A stretch of DNA of 64,000 nucleotides from the human T2T-CHM13v2.0 reference genome, Homo sapiens, in NCBI RefSeq assembly GCF_009914755.1, contig NC_060925.1; one strand, given 5' to 3'. Below the pieces are notes generated by a model that saw only the letters and a program-made list of their open reading frames with translations, made no database searches and was not told where the DNA came from. The position numbers and the translations under genes were made by a program. Position 1 is the first letter of the stretch, and each line of letters opens with the position of its first letter. This document shows positions 1-13,641 of this stretch, piece by piece.

Positions 1-499
1 CTAGATTTTGGCCTGGTGACCTCCAAAGTATAATTTGCAGAGTTAAAGGAATCTGACCTGCATTTAATATTTAGTTCCTATGTATCTCCACAAAGTATAT
101 TCTGGAGAGGGAGCCATAGAATTTCATTATCCCTCTACATACCAGGTACAGCACAGACAACATGTTCTATAGTTTTTTAAAGACCTGGGTAGCCAGTTAA
201 AACCCTGATTACTGAAGATGCTCTTTAAAACCTCTTGACTTAGGCCTCTAGCCTGGTTATTGTTAATAATTGTGATGCTGGCTTTCTGTGAAAGCTCAAT
301 CACAATATTTAATCATGGGACATGCAAGGCTTTGCTAGGGATAGTGTGCAGAGACACCAGACAGGCCCCTGTCATCAGGGCTGGCATTGGGGTGGGAAGA
401 AGCAGGACTTAAGTATAAAATGATAATCGTCATAATGATGGTAATTCAAAGTAGCATACACCAAATCACAAATGTGTGGTAGGAAGAGCAAACACAATG

Positions 500-745
500 G
501 AGAAGTAGCACATCATAAACAGAGGTTTGAGAATCAAATGTCTCTGCCCTTGAGTCCAGGTTCCATTCCTTTTTAGCTGAAACACTGGAAACTCACATAA
601 CTTCTCTAAGCCTTCATCTCTTTATCTATAAAAAACAGATACATAAATTTCACTGCCTAAACCTGTAAGAACTAAAGGGGATCATGCCTATAAATGTTTA
701 AGGACAGTGTCTGGCATGGAAAGCACTCAGGAAGTGTTAACTCTT
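500..745 (+). mobile_element. MIR SINE (decayed)
   Basis: Core-like ACTCACATAACTTCTCTAAGCCTTCATCTCTTTATCTATAAAA and 3' GTGTCTGGCATGGAAAGCACTCAGGAAGTGTTA resemble MIR consensus. Confidence 0.7.
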
Positions 746-2564
746 GGTGGCAGAAGAAGCAGTAATAGGATTTGAAATAAGCAGTGACTTCTGCAGTGGT
801 ACATGGTGTGTACTTCTGGGGAGGTCCTAGGTGGAACTATAAATTTGGAAGTATTAAATAGTACTTAAAATGATGGGCTGGAGGGAGATTATTCAAGGAG
901 AGAAAGTAGATGAAAAGGAGGATAAGGTCTCGTCTGGAGCCCTTCCGCATTCCAAAGTTCAGCATTTTGGAATTGGAACTTTTTCCTCCTTTTTCCTTTT
1001 CATTCATTTTAGAATAAACCTCTACAACATTTTACGAATTCCCCACAAATATCACAGCCATGGAATTAGAGCTCTCTACCTAAATCCTGACAGGCTTCTC
1101 CACTCACTTTCATTTCTGTCACTGTTAGTGGAACGTGGAAAAATAAGTTACATAAACTTCCGTTGGCTTATGTCATTTTAGTCCAGGTCTCCATTGTCAG
1201 GTTAAAGGTTGAAGCAATTATCTGGACAATTCAGGTAGAACTTACCAGGCCTCTGGGACCCCTTTCTCCTTCTGCTACTTTTGCCTGAGTAACCAGGGAA
1301 TCACTTCAATCCTTTTTCTGCTCATGTAACTCTGGTCTGACTACGTCTTTACCCACTGGACCTTGTCACTGAAACAAATATATCATATTGGAAACAAATA
1401 CCAGTGAGGGAAGGCATGCTCATTTCAAATGTGGGTGTATTTAATTTCCATATGGACTATGCTGTGAGCCAGTGCAAAAGGCAGCTCTAAAGCATAAGGG
1501 ATAAATGAAGGCAGACAGTCAGGAACTGAGTCCTTGTCAGAATAAAAGGAAATCAATCTCACAAAAGGTAAAGGAGATGAATTTTCTTGACAAGAGCCTG
1601 TATCACCATTTATTGTTATTTATGGCTTTTTGGGAGAATAGCTAGAATACTAAAATAAGGAACATTTTGGCCCATGTCACAAAACACCATGTGAATTTAT
1701 AGCCTCCTCGTTAGAGATATTTTTCTGATCAAGAGGCAGCACATCACCCTCATGAAAAAGGAAGTGGCGGGGAGGGGGACAGAAAAGAGATTTTTGATGG
1801 AAAAGCCTGGAAAGTTTTACTTGTTTAATTGCTTGGGTTGGGATAAATAACAGCAGAGTAAATGAAAATCGCACTAGCAAAGGATACCCTCCTGTTTGTG
1901 TGACTGAATATAAGTCCATGAAACTTATGGTGGTGCCCAAATAGAGAGAAGCCACTAGCTCTAACTCACCATTGACCGAGCCTGTCAGATCTTATCTTAA
2001 TGAGCTACAGATCCCAGGACAGGAGAGGAACAAAACGAAGCCGTGTGATAAGGTACATAGTGCCGTAATTGGACCAAGCTGAGGCAGCGGTGTTCCTCAA
2101 CAGCAGCTGTGGGTACAAATGAAAGGGCTGTCAGTCGCAAATAATTTGCTATGTTTCAGTTTTCACTTTTGTCCATAGGGTAGGATGTCAGAAGAAAAGT
2201 CTAAGAGCATAGCTTTCCCTTCTGCATTTGCCTGCCAGCATATTTCTCTCTATCCACACTTCAGCAAATTTAACAACATGACAAATCTCGAGATGTTTGA
2301 AATCCTTTATTTACATGAATCCAATATACTTTCTCAGATCTTACAACCTTACTCTGCATCCAGTAAATTCCCTATGTTGCTAGTGCACTGTTGCAATTTG
2401 CATTGCATTTTCCATGATTTGCCAGTGTTCCCAAGAAACACTCAGTAAATACTGATGCTGGGCACTGTGAAATGAGCCCTTCAGAGTAAACTGAGGTTTT
2501 GTTACAAATGAACAAGCATTTAGCCTCCCGTGATCCACAGCAATTTTATGACAATTCCATGGGC

Positions 2565-3085
2565 ATTGTTTTAGTAATCTAATGTTGTATAACAAACTAC
2601 CCCCAAATTCAGTGGCTTACAACAACAATCGATTATTTCTTGCCATTCTGTAACATGGATTGGGCTTAGTGATACAGTTCTTCAGCACTTTGTGGTGTCT
2701 GCTGGGGCTGGAACCTGTAAGATGGCTTCTTTACTCACACGTCTGCCGCTTCAGCTGTGATGTTGGGAACAGCTGGTGGCTGGGCAGGCATTCCTGTCCA
2801 CATGCCCTCTTCATGTGGAGAGCATGGTCTCAGAGAGTTCTGATGTGTTACATGATGGTGGCTTGCAGGAAGGAGGAAGCAGAAGCTTCCAGTACTCTTA
2901 AGGCTAGGGCTTGTCCAAGTACATCACTTCTGACATATTGTAGTGATTAAAGCAAGTGATGGGGCCAGCCCCAATTCAAGGGAGGGGAGATAGGTAGCGG
3001 TAGGGATAGATCCCCACCGTTAAGGGGATGAATGAGCAGTGTGTGTGTGTACAGGGAAGGAAAGAACTGATGGTGGCCATTTTTA
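2565..3085 (-). mobile_element. Old MaLR LTR (MLT1 J/K/L-like)
   Basis: GTTGTATAACAAACTACCCCCAAATTCAGTGGCTTACAACAACAA start and CCAGCCCCAATTCAAGGGAGGGGAGATAG motif typical of antisense MLT1 LTRs. Confidence 0.7.
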
Positions 3086-3404
3086 GAGGCCTCATAGATG
3101 TGTCCTGGACTGCTTGGTGGGGACTGAGGAGTACTGGAATTGGATTTGTTGCTTGTAACTGGTTTGTTTCTTGTTTTGAGCACATGATCTCAGAGGAATG
3201 AGGAACTCTAGACATTTAAACAGGGATTCTCAAACAATTTTGTGGTGATCCATACTGGAAGTTTTAGGAAACAATGTTGACTCTTAATCTGTGCACTGAA
3301 TTCTGAAGTCCTTTATTCTGTTTCATTTTAAAGAAAGTTTGTCTTGACTCTTGACATTGATTTCATTATCTACCAATGGCATAACATTGTGATTTGAAAA
3401 ATTC

Positions 3405-3540
3405 CAGTCTAATCCTATCTACTCATTTTAGAGATGAGGTGGCTAAGGATTAATGAGGTTGAGTGACTTTTTAGAGGCAGGACTAGTATGCAGGTCTTCT
3501 GACTCAGAGGTGATTAAATGCCCTATCAGTTCACCGTACT
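3405..3540 (-). mobile_element. MIR fragment
   Basis: CTCATTTTAGAGATGAGG...GGTTGAGTGACTT...AGGTCTTCTGACTC antisense MIR core. Confidence 0.6.
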
Positions 3541-4236
3541 GCATTTATAAATACAGAGTAAGCAGTGGATCTAACGTGAGTTATTAATTTTGTTTAATCT
3601 ATACTTACTCATTATGGTCTTCACAAAAGTACAAATGAGGGATTGTTGTTTTTTTAAATGTATTTTTTTCTCATTCCCCTACAACTTCACCATGCTTAAT
3701 ATAATTTTTCAAGCATGAGCATTAACTCACAGCATTTCTGAGCAAGTATATAATGTATAACCTATTCTCTGCCCTCAGACTGTTTTTTTTTTTCTTTTTG
3801 AGGTGGGGGGTATAGTTTGCCTACTTCACAACCCCAGGGGATATAAAAGAAATAAAAATCCATAAATATCGTCCTATTTAATATTATTGTCAAGAGGAAA
3901 AATGTTCTGACTTTCCTATTATGAAAAATTGGAGTAGTATTCTAATGAAGATGGTGGAAAGGTCCACAGGAGATTTTGAGGAGCAGGACTGTCTTCCAGG
4001 AAAAGTTTTAGTGTAGTTCTGCCTGGAGTCATAGATGGACTGGAGGACCTACAAATCCAAAAGTTACTCACTTTGGTTTAGTGGTGTTATGGGGCTTCAT
4101 TAACTGATGGTTCCATTAGATTTCCAACAATAAAACTGCTTTTTAGGTAAACTAAACTATCTCTAAACTTGGAGCTGCAATTGATAGCGAAGAGTTGGAT
4201 GGATGTTACTTTGGTTCTTACTGCAGTTTGATGGTC

Positions 4237-4748
4237 TAGTATAGCACTATTCAATAGAAATATAATGTGAGCCACACACATAGCATTTCTAAACATTCTA
4301 GAAGCCTCGTTTTAAAAAGTAGAAAGAAATAAGTGGAAGTAATTTTTTTAAGTTTATATTTTGAAATAAGTTTAGACATTAAAAAGTTGCAAAAATAGTA
4401 TGGTGTTCCAGTATATCTTTCACCCATCTTCTTTTAATGTCAGCATTTTGCATAATCATGGCAAAGTTAACAACACTAAGAAATCATCATAGATCCAATA
4501 TTCTTAACTAAATTGCAGACTTTATTTGGACTAGTGAAATAATTAACTCAATAGATCCAAAATATTATCATTTCAACATGTGATCAACACAAAAAATTAT
4601 TAAGATACTTTACGTTCCTTGTCTTGTACCAAACATTTAAAATCTGGTGTGTGTTTTACTCTCACAGCACATCTCAGTTTAGCCAGCCACGTTTCAAGCC
4701 CTCAGTCACCACATGTGGTTGGTGGCTACTGTATAGGACAGTACAGTC
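4237..4748. mobile_element. MER33-like hAT-Charlie DNA transposon, split by an L1 fragment
   Basis: GCACTATTCAATAGAAATATAATGTGAGCCAC start; CTCACAGCACATCTCAGTTTAGCCAGCCACGTTTCAAGCCCTCAGTCACCACATGTGG...GGACAGTACAG end. Confidence 0.75.
4343..4532 (-). mobile_element. Old L1M (L1MC/MD-like) 3' end fragment inserted in MER33
   Basis: T-rich start, ATTTTGAAATAAGTTTAGAC...AAGTTGCAAAAATAGTA...CAGACTTTATTTGGA. Confidence 0.6.
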
Positions 4749-4844
4749 CTACTGTCACAACTCAGAGAAGAGCCATCATGAACAATCTACTTATTCTGCA
4801 TGTGAATTATCTGTAGGGAACTTGAACATATGCAACGCTTATGG

Positions 4845-5120
4845 GAGAGGCAACATGGCTTGCTGTTAGGAGCACTAACCTGGGAGCCAGGCAGAGTGGA
4901 ATTCCAGCTCTGCAACTTATCACTGGTTGTGTGACCTTGACACGTAACTCAAACTTTCTGGGCCTCCTTTTCTTCATCTGTCAAAAAAAAAAAAAAAAGG
5001 AAATAGAAAATAAAGAAGATAGCAACAACTCATGGGGTAATCAGATGGACTGAATGAGATAACACGTTAAATGTGAACACAGCAACTTACCTGGAGTCGG
5101 TACACATCAAATGTTAGCTT
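4845..5120 (+). mobile_element. MIR with internal poly(A) expansion (~4983-4998)
   Basis: TGTGACCTTGACACGTAACTCAAACTTTCTGGGCCTCCTTTTCTTCATCTGTC core. Confidence 0.75.
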
Positions 5121-5224
5121 CTAGTCGTCCTCTATGTCACTGCCAATAGATCAAATATATGTGCACTTTCTTTGGGTTAAGTGATATGAAAAGACCAATT
5201 AGGGCTCTGGTTAATACTTTAGAA

Positions 5225-5340
5225 AGGCTCAACAGATGTTTATTGAGTACCTACTATTTGCCAGACACTGGGCTGAGTGCTAGAAGTATAAAGATGCATA
5301 AAAAGCACTTAAGGAGTTTACTATTTAGTAAAAGACAAAT
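5225..5340 (-). mobile_element. L2 3' end
   Basis: CAACAGATGTTTATTGAGTACCTACTATTTGCCAGACACTGGGCT. Confidence 0.7.
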
Positions 5341-5505
5341 AGCATTTAAATAAGAATTCTGCATTTTCTGTGTATATGTGCTTGTGTTTGTGTATCTGTG
5401 ATGGGGTGGAGGATGGAAATTGTTGTGGCAATTTAATTAATTTTTAAAATTATAAAACAAACATACCTTTAAGAGTTATGAAAACAGTTTAAAAAATTGA
5501 ATATT

Positions 5506-5862
<357 letters not shown>

Positions 5863-6362
5863 TTAGAGTTTTTTCATTTGATTAACATTGTGTGATTGTA
5901 ATCATAGTGTAGGTACAGTCACTTAACTTCTATATTGCTAGATATTTGCTGCAGAATCTGAAAGACTATTTGTAAAGAGACAGTTACCTAAGGCATTTTT
6001 AAATAAATGATTTAAGCTGCATTCATTAGTAGGAATAAAATTTATTTATTTCTTATTACAGAAGGAGGTGGTGAACTCATGGAGGTGGTTAGATGTGTTT
6101 AAGAAAGCTATCAGTGGTAATGATAATGATAGAGCTAATTTTTCCTGAGCACAAGTATTGTGCAAACCCAGCAGTATGACTGCAGAGCCCTGTCTTGTCT
6201 AATAACCTGTACTGTCTTCAAAAAAATTTGTGTGTTTGTTTTAATCTGAGTGTAATATATATTGAGTTCTTAAAGTCTGGATATATACAGAGATGTAGAA
6301 ATTCACAATAATGACTCTACCAAATGTGTAATTGTCTTTGGGAAGTTACACTATGGACTATG

Positions 6363-6710
6363 TCCTTTCCTCCCTCCTTCCCTCCCTCCCTCCCTCTCTC
6401 CCTCCCTCCTTCCCTCCCTCCTTCCTTCCCTCCCTCCCTTCCTTCCTTCCTGCTTTCCTGCCTTTCTTCCTTCCCTCCCTCCCTTCCTTCCTGCCTTCCT
6501 GCCTTCCTGCCTTTCTTCCTTCCCTCCCTCCCTCCCTCCTTCCTTCCTTCCTTCCTTCCTTCCTTCCTTCCTTCCTTCCTTCCTTCCTTCTCTCCCTCCC
6601 TCCCTCCCTCTGGCCTCTGTAGCTCCTCACCAGGCCAATTCCAAGCCTCCCTCCCTCCCACCCTCCCTTCCTTGCTTCCTTCCTTCCTTCCTTCCTTCCC
6701 TCCCTCCTTA
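6363..6710. repeat. Compound polypyrimidine microsatellite (CCTT)n/(CCCT)n with a non-repetitive interruption at 6611-6646
   Basis: Direct reading; source of the four low-complexity ORFs at 6317-6740. Confidence 0.97.
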
Positions 6711-6869
6711 TATAGTCTGCATTTACTTTGTATTATGTGATCAATAATTTTAACTAAATTGTCTTTTTATGTTATAGACGCAATTTGAGGGATGAACTAT
6801 CTTGCACTTTCAAAACGAAAACTAAAATCTCATTGATGTATTTTTAAATATTCTATTCATTGTGTACTG

Positions 6870-7110
6870 GTCACAAGACAAACAGATCTAGGTTTGAATT
6901 CTGGCTCTTATGTTTGCTAAATATATTCTTTTTGGGCAGCTTACCTTCTTTGAGACTCAGTTTCCTTATTTGTGAAATAAGAACAAGAAAAGTGCCTTTC
7001 TTCCGGGGTAGTTTTGAGGTTTAAAAAAGATAATGTATGTAAAGCTTGCACTATTACAAAATATACTTCACACACATTGACCACAGAAAGTGTTCAATAA
7101 ATGGTTGTAT
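6870..7110 (+). mobile_element. MIR
   Basis: GATCTAGGTTTGAATTCTGGCTCT...CTCAGTTTCCTTATTTGTGAAAT. Confidence 0.75.
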
Positions 7111-8199
7111 AACAGTCAGTTCAAGATACCACAGTTAACTAAATGTGATCTTTGTATCACAGCAGTCATTTTGAAATCCGGGCTTTTTTTTTCCAAGATA
7201 AAACTGCTTTGTTTTGCCTCCATTCTCTTACTTCTCATTTATCTTTTCAAGAATCAAATATAGAGGACTTAAAGCAGGATGTTTCTTTTATTACTTAAAC
7301 AGGATTGCTCTTCTAACTCTATCAGTGAGGCCATGAGGCTTGCTGCCCTGGCATGGAAGGAGACCATGAGGAAAAGGAAATGGAAAGCCAGAAGTTGGCC
7401 CCTTCCATTCCAGGAGGATGTGGGGAAGAAGCAGACAGAGCAAGAGTAATGAGATCTTTCTGCCCCTTGGTTTGGTCGGCATCTCATTGGCACAAGGGAA
7501 CTTTAGAATCATCCACATAATTTTGGGATTCTGAGAATGTGAGTGCTAGTGCTGTGGTACATGGGGGGTGGCGGGCTGCAGGCTCTTATAACAATTCCAA
7601 TCCTTGCTATAGCCCAAATTGGTTTAGGAGTGATAGTGCTGTGGCTCTGAGGGATAAGCTTGAGTGAGCACCCCTGGCTCTCCTTGGCCTGTGGAAAGCT
7701 TGGAGGAATTGGCCTGGTGAGGAGCTACAGAGGCCAGAGGATCCCAAGATGGGAATCAAGGAAATGAATTTAAATGGTTGGGATTATGGACTTTAGCAAT
7801 AAACACCAGAATCTCACTTTCAGAAAAATGTGAGATAGAAACATTATACCTCTACAGCACAAGCTGACCACACCATTTGTAGCAGAGAACATTGGGTGAA
7901 TTCACAGATTCTGCCTCCCCAGTGCCAGCATTAGGTCACATTATCTACATTCTTCTACATGACAACATTTTGACAAGTAGCAGGGAAAGGATAAGATTGT
8001 TCAAAATCCTGAAAAGACACTGTTTGATCAGAAGAGACTGAGCTATCTAAAGAGAAAAAGTCAACTATTGGATCTAAGTTTTTCAGATTGGGTTAAAATT
8101 TATTTTTTCCCCTATCAACTGGAGGTGTGAGTGTATATGTTTGCATGAGTTAAAAAGGATGGGAAGTTCCTTTTAATGAGATGGGTAAGATTCTTAGAG

Positions 8200-8365
8200 C
8201 CCTTTTGGTGACAGGGAGATCAAAGTTTCCATTTTGAACGTACTAAATTTGAGATGCCTGTTAGATATCTAAATGGAGAGAATGAGTAGGATTTTAGGTA
8301 TGTGAGCCTGATATTCAGAAAAGAAGGCTGTGGAGAAGATAAAGATGGAGTTACAGCAAATAGAT
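8200..8365 (-). mobile_element. L2 fragment
   Basis: TTTTGAACGTACTAAATTTGAGATGCCTGTTAGATATCTAAATGGAGA, typical antisense L2. Confidence 0.7.
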
Positions 8366-9394
8366 GGTGCTTTTGTGCCAGGTCATAGCTGGCCCTTGGC
8401 AACTTAAGTGTTTGAAGAACATATACTTCTCATCTGTTTCTTTTGGAAACCACTGCATGAATAGCTGGGGCTGGGAGGATGGAAGCTTAACTTATTCTCC
8501 CTTCTTCTTCATCATAATCCTAAGGAAAATGGAAAAGTGGCCATAGACTACACTGGCCTGGAGGGTGTGTAATGCTGCTGAGCATGAAATTCTTAGACAT
8601 ATGCAGGGTTGCCCGTATGGAAGGGACTAAGGCAAGCCTGCCCACACTCCCACGTACTTCATGAAAGGAGTAGTGAGGACACTATTTGCACATCATCCAG
8701 GTTGATATTTTTAAAGGAAAGTCCCATTCTTTTGTAGCTTCATGGTTTAATATGAACGCATGAGAAGGGATGACATTAAAGGTCTTTTGCCTCTGGTTGA
8801 ACACTAACAAAAGCCACTTACCTTCTACTGTTTTTCCCAATAGCTTATTTATGATCTAGGCCTGAATATCCTTCCACCTGTCTATTGGGGTTTTCACCAT
8901 CCTTGTGTCATGTTCACGCTTTATGATGTGGCGACATTTAAGGCATGTAACTCTGATTTCCTTCCTTCCATTTGTACTATCCATGTTTACCTCTACTTCA
9001 CATATCCATCTTCTCTAAGTGTGTGAGTACGTGCTCTATTTCATGTCACTGGAGAGGGATGCTATCTTTCCAAGTAGATGCATTTGAACCAATCTTCTCA
9101 CCATCACTGACATAATATACAACTCCAGCTCTGTTGAGGTGTCAGCAGGTCCGTTGTCATACTTGACTTGTTTTGAGTTGCTGATTCTGTGGAATCTATC
9201 TTCTTCTTGAAACAAATGAAGTCTCCTTTTCTGAGTATCTCAAACAAAGTATAAGACAAAGGCTAATAATTACCATAGTATTAATAACATTAATTATAAT
9301 ATTGATAGCTAACACTTGTTAAATATTTTCTTACATACTGGGTTACTGGGTTCATTTTTTCACATGTGCTATCTTAGACACAGGTGAGGTAGGA

Positions 9395-9660
9395 TATGGG
9401 AGGCCATGTACCTAGTGGTTAGGACCCAGGATCTGAAGCCAAACTCTGTGGGTTGGGATTTTGACACTGTCACTTGTAAGTGTGTCATCTGGACCCCCCC
9501 CTTTTGCCTTGATTTTTTAATATAAAAAATTGGAATAATAATAGTGAGGAAAATAAGAATACCTATTGCACAGAGTTGTTTCATGGACTACATTTGGTAA
9601 CACATCCAAAAAAACTCAGAAAAACACTTGGCAAATAGAGATCCATCAATATCAGCTTTA
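9395..9660 (+). mobile_element. MIR
   Basis: TAGTGGTTAGGACCCAGGATCTGAAGCCAAACTCTGTGGGTT... Confidence 0.65.
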
Positions 9661-11609
9661 TAAGTATCAGAATGACATGTTCTCCTGTCAAAAATGAGAA
9701 AAATAAATTAAATATAAGCGATCCTAAACTGTACCATGATAGGTGGAATATTCAGACTTAAAGCCAGGTTTGTTTAAGGTGATACATCATCCAGTAATCT
9801 AGGGGCCAAGAGGCCCCCCTAAGATACTTCTGATACTTGTATATAACTAATGAACGTGCATTCTAATGTGAACTGGTGGCAAACATGCCACATGCTGTAT
9901 CACATGAGTACCTGTTATATCACCTACAAGAGAAGAAAACAGTACTTCCATTTTGCTGGACTTTCTTACCAGTTCAGATAACTCTGATCCATACGCAAAC
10001 TAAAAAAAACAAAAATAAAAACAGCAGTTGTGTGGATATACCTGACTACTACCACATCAGTTCTTGGCCTATATATGTAAAAGTATTTTCTAAACTTTAA
10101 AGCTCTTATGATTATTATCCTGGGATGCCTATTGCGTGGGTACCAATACCTAGGAATATTTGTGCCATCTGGATAGAAATAAAAAGGCCCTGAAGGTTGA
10201 TGTTATAACTCTCAACGCATTTTTTTCCCTCTACTTTTCTTGTTTCTAATGTTGACAACCACCCACATGGTATTCACTGGTTCTCAGTGCAGCCCACAGA
10301 AATGCCAGCTGGCTGCATGCCAGTGTCAGGGGGATGAGATTGTTGAGAGCTTCCTCATAGCAAAACCCTGTCAATGACAAGCATTGTTTCTGAATCTGAA
10401 ATATTTTTCTTTTTCTGTCCCTTTGGTTTCTCTTCCCACTGGGGAATGGGACTCAGAATGGGTAACTAATTATATCATGGTAGCTGTGATGTCTAACAAC
10501 ACCAGTTCTCATATTTATGCAGCATCACTCACTTGGCTGTACCAGCTAATATGTGAAGATTGGGTGAGGCTGTCAGCATCCACGTGCAGCGTTGCCGGCA
10601 AGTCTGGTGTGCCTCTTTGTAGCTCCATGCTTACTTTCAAAAATATGATTTGTTTTCTCCAGGCCTGTCCAATGCACCACATTTGGAGAGAAACACGATA
10701 AAAACACAAAATCTGCCTTCTGCGTATTTTTTGGCAATTAAACAATCTTTTTCTTAAATGAATAGAAATACCAAATTTTCCTGTTTGAGAACAAATGATC
10801 ACCAAAATTCAATCGCAAGCATTTGTAAACCAAAGATCCTTCTTCTATCCTGATAACAACTTCTCAAGTAGCATCACAGATTCACTCTAAGGAATATTCT
10901 TTATTTGGAATCCGGTCTTGTGCACATTGGATTGCTGATTAGAGCAATAAATGAAGGAAGCTTGGAGAGCTCACAGCACTTCCTAGACTGTATAAAAACA
11001 CATTACCTTTTACTCAACAAGCATAGTGCTTTAAAAATTGATCCTCACTGACTTAAGGACTTTTTTTGGCTTCTGAAATCTCTCATGCAAAATCTAAGGG
11101 ATTCAGACTGTATGTATTATACACATAATGAAAATTGGTGAGCCTTCAACAAGTGTATGATTTGTGCATACCATTTCAATAACTTCATATGTTACTGTGC
11201 TTATATTAGTCCGCCAGGAATGAGATCAGTTCACCAACTCAAGGTTTCTTTAGATAATGACGGAGCTAGGATTCATAGGCTTATCATTCAAGATACTCCT
11301 GTTTTACACTAGGTATTGTGATAGTTCAGAATATTGTATTATCTCTTGTGGTGAACAATCTCCTACCAAGGCTCCTAGAGATTGCCAAATTGGATTTCAA
11401 GTAACTCTGGATTTGAGTACAACAATAAGAGAATGATTGATTGATGACCCTCTTCTACCATAAACGTGAGGTTTCCTTGTGTCTGCAATTTCTGACCAAG
11501 TGATGTCCACTAATTATGTACAATGCAGCTACGGTTTGGAATATTTCAGTTGTCCTTCTAGGTCTGTGAAGATTGTGCTTTTCTTTGGTAGAACAATAGA
11601 TGAATTAGT

Positions 11610-11830
11610 GTTTACTGAGCACTATGACTAGGCGTGTTCTAAGGACTTTACATGTATTTAATCATCACAGCTATCCTATGAAGTGACATTACTGTTTTCC
11701 TAATTTTCAGACAAGGACACTAAAACACAACAAGGTTAAGTGATTTTCCTAGGGTCACACAGTTGGTAAGTAGTGGGAGGAAAACAGACCCAGGCACTCC
11801 TATTCCAGGCATAGTGCTTCTAACCTCTGT
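11610..11830 (-). mobile_element. MIR
   Basis: TTTTCAGACAAGGACACT...AGGTTAAGTGATTTTCCTAGGGTCACACAG. Confidence 0.75.
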
Positions 11831-13324
11831 GCCCATAGAGTTTGAGAGACAGCTTTTTTGTAGAAGTAGCAGTAAGGGAATTTTTCAGTATTAGGTGAAT
11901 CCAGTAGAGAAGCAAGGACTCTCTGATTTCTAATGCACAAACTTCCTGGCTTGTTAGGTTTCTTTGCCTGATTAGTAACAGCTTGCAGGATTCCTTAATT
12001 TGGGGAAAATCCTAAGCCTACTGTAGCTACACAATTTCTCCTTAGCAACAAAAATATTCTGAATGGGTAACATACTGAGAGCACATGAAGGAATTGCAAA
12101 TTGTAAATGGTATAAGCATAAAGATTTCCTCAACACATGGCTGTGGTGGTGATAGGATAGGCATTTCCAAGATGGGTACCATCCACAGTTCTAAGCTCTC
12201 CCTAAGAAAGAAATAGGGTTCCACCCAAAAGGAATGTAGTGCTCCCAATGGTTAAAGTATCTGGTCATGTATCTAGAATAAGGAGCACTACTGTGCCTTC
12301 CTATCAGAGGAAGTGTGAGCATCACATTTTCAAGTTACATACAAGGTTATAAGACATTTTCTTTAAATGCACTACATGGTGCATTTGATTAAGGACTGAA
12401 CTTTCAAAGGATTCCTTTGAGTAGAGTGTTTTGATTTGCTCCTATCAGGCCTAGCCCTGCCTCATAAATAATGGAACAAGCCTTGCATGCCCCTGAATTC
12501 TGAGCTGTGGCAAGCATTTGAGGAAATACTGAGTCACTGAGATTCTCAAGAGCCTTAAAGAAATGAGGACCAGTTGAAATTCTACCCTTGGGGACCTTTG
12601 CACAGACTTTACTTTGGTCTGTGGCTAGGACACAAGAGGGAGGTGAGCCATTGGTTCATTTGTTTTCAACCCATACCATATTATTCCATATAACACAAGC
12701 CATCGCACTCTGGTGTAATATCAACTGCATTCTCTTCTTGGTCTTAACCAGACCATGAGTCCTTTAGTGTCACCTCCTGTTGCTCCATACAAAATCATTA
12801 GCAGCACTTGTGCGTGATTTGGTTGATTCTCTTGCCTGTTTGGCTGCACTTAGAATCCTAGAGCAGTTCTACAAATGAAAAGGTGTCCAAGTAAAGGCTC
12901 TACATGTTAGGATAATTCAGTAACTAACGGTTGCACTGTTAATTTGATTTTGCTGCTGATCAGAGATAGGAAGAGAATTGTAACTGAAATGCATTGCAAC
13001 CGATTTGTAAATGTTGGTACACATTATCCATCATTGTTATGCTATTATGCTATTAACATAAATTATCACATAGAGGTAATTTGAAATTGTGAACTGACAC
13101 AGGTATATCTCATTTCTGGCAATAATTACACATAAAGGAAGGAGGTCAGGCTAAATGTTGCATAGTATTATTGTGTGAACTACTGATGGACAGTAGTGAT
13201 TAAGTGATGTTAGCATTGAAAAATTAATTTGTTCATAGCATTTCTATTTTTTGTCATATATAAATTTTATGTATCACATTCAAATGAGTAATAGTTTTTT
13301 TTAAGAATACACTTTTAGGGCTAA

Positions 13325-13641
<317 letters not shown>

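Noticed and set aside
6317-6740. Four overlapping 90-138 aa ORFs (EGRK / PSFL repeats)
   Set aside because: Translations of the stop-free CCTT/CCCT microsatellite, not genes.
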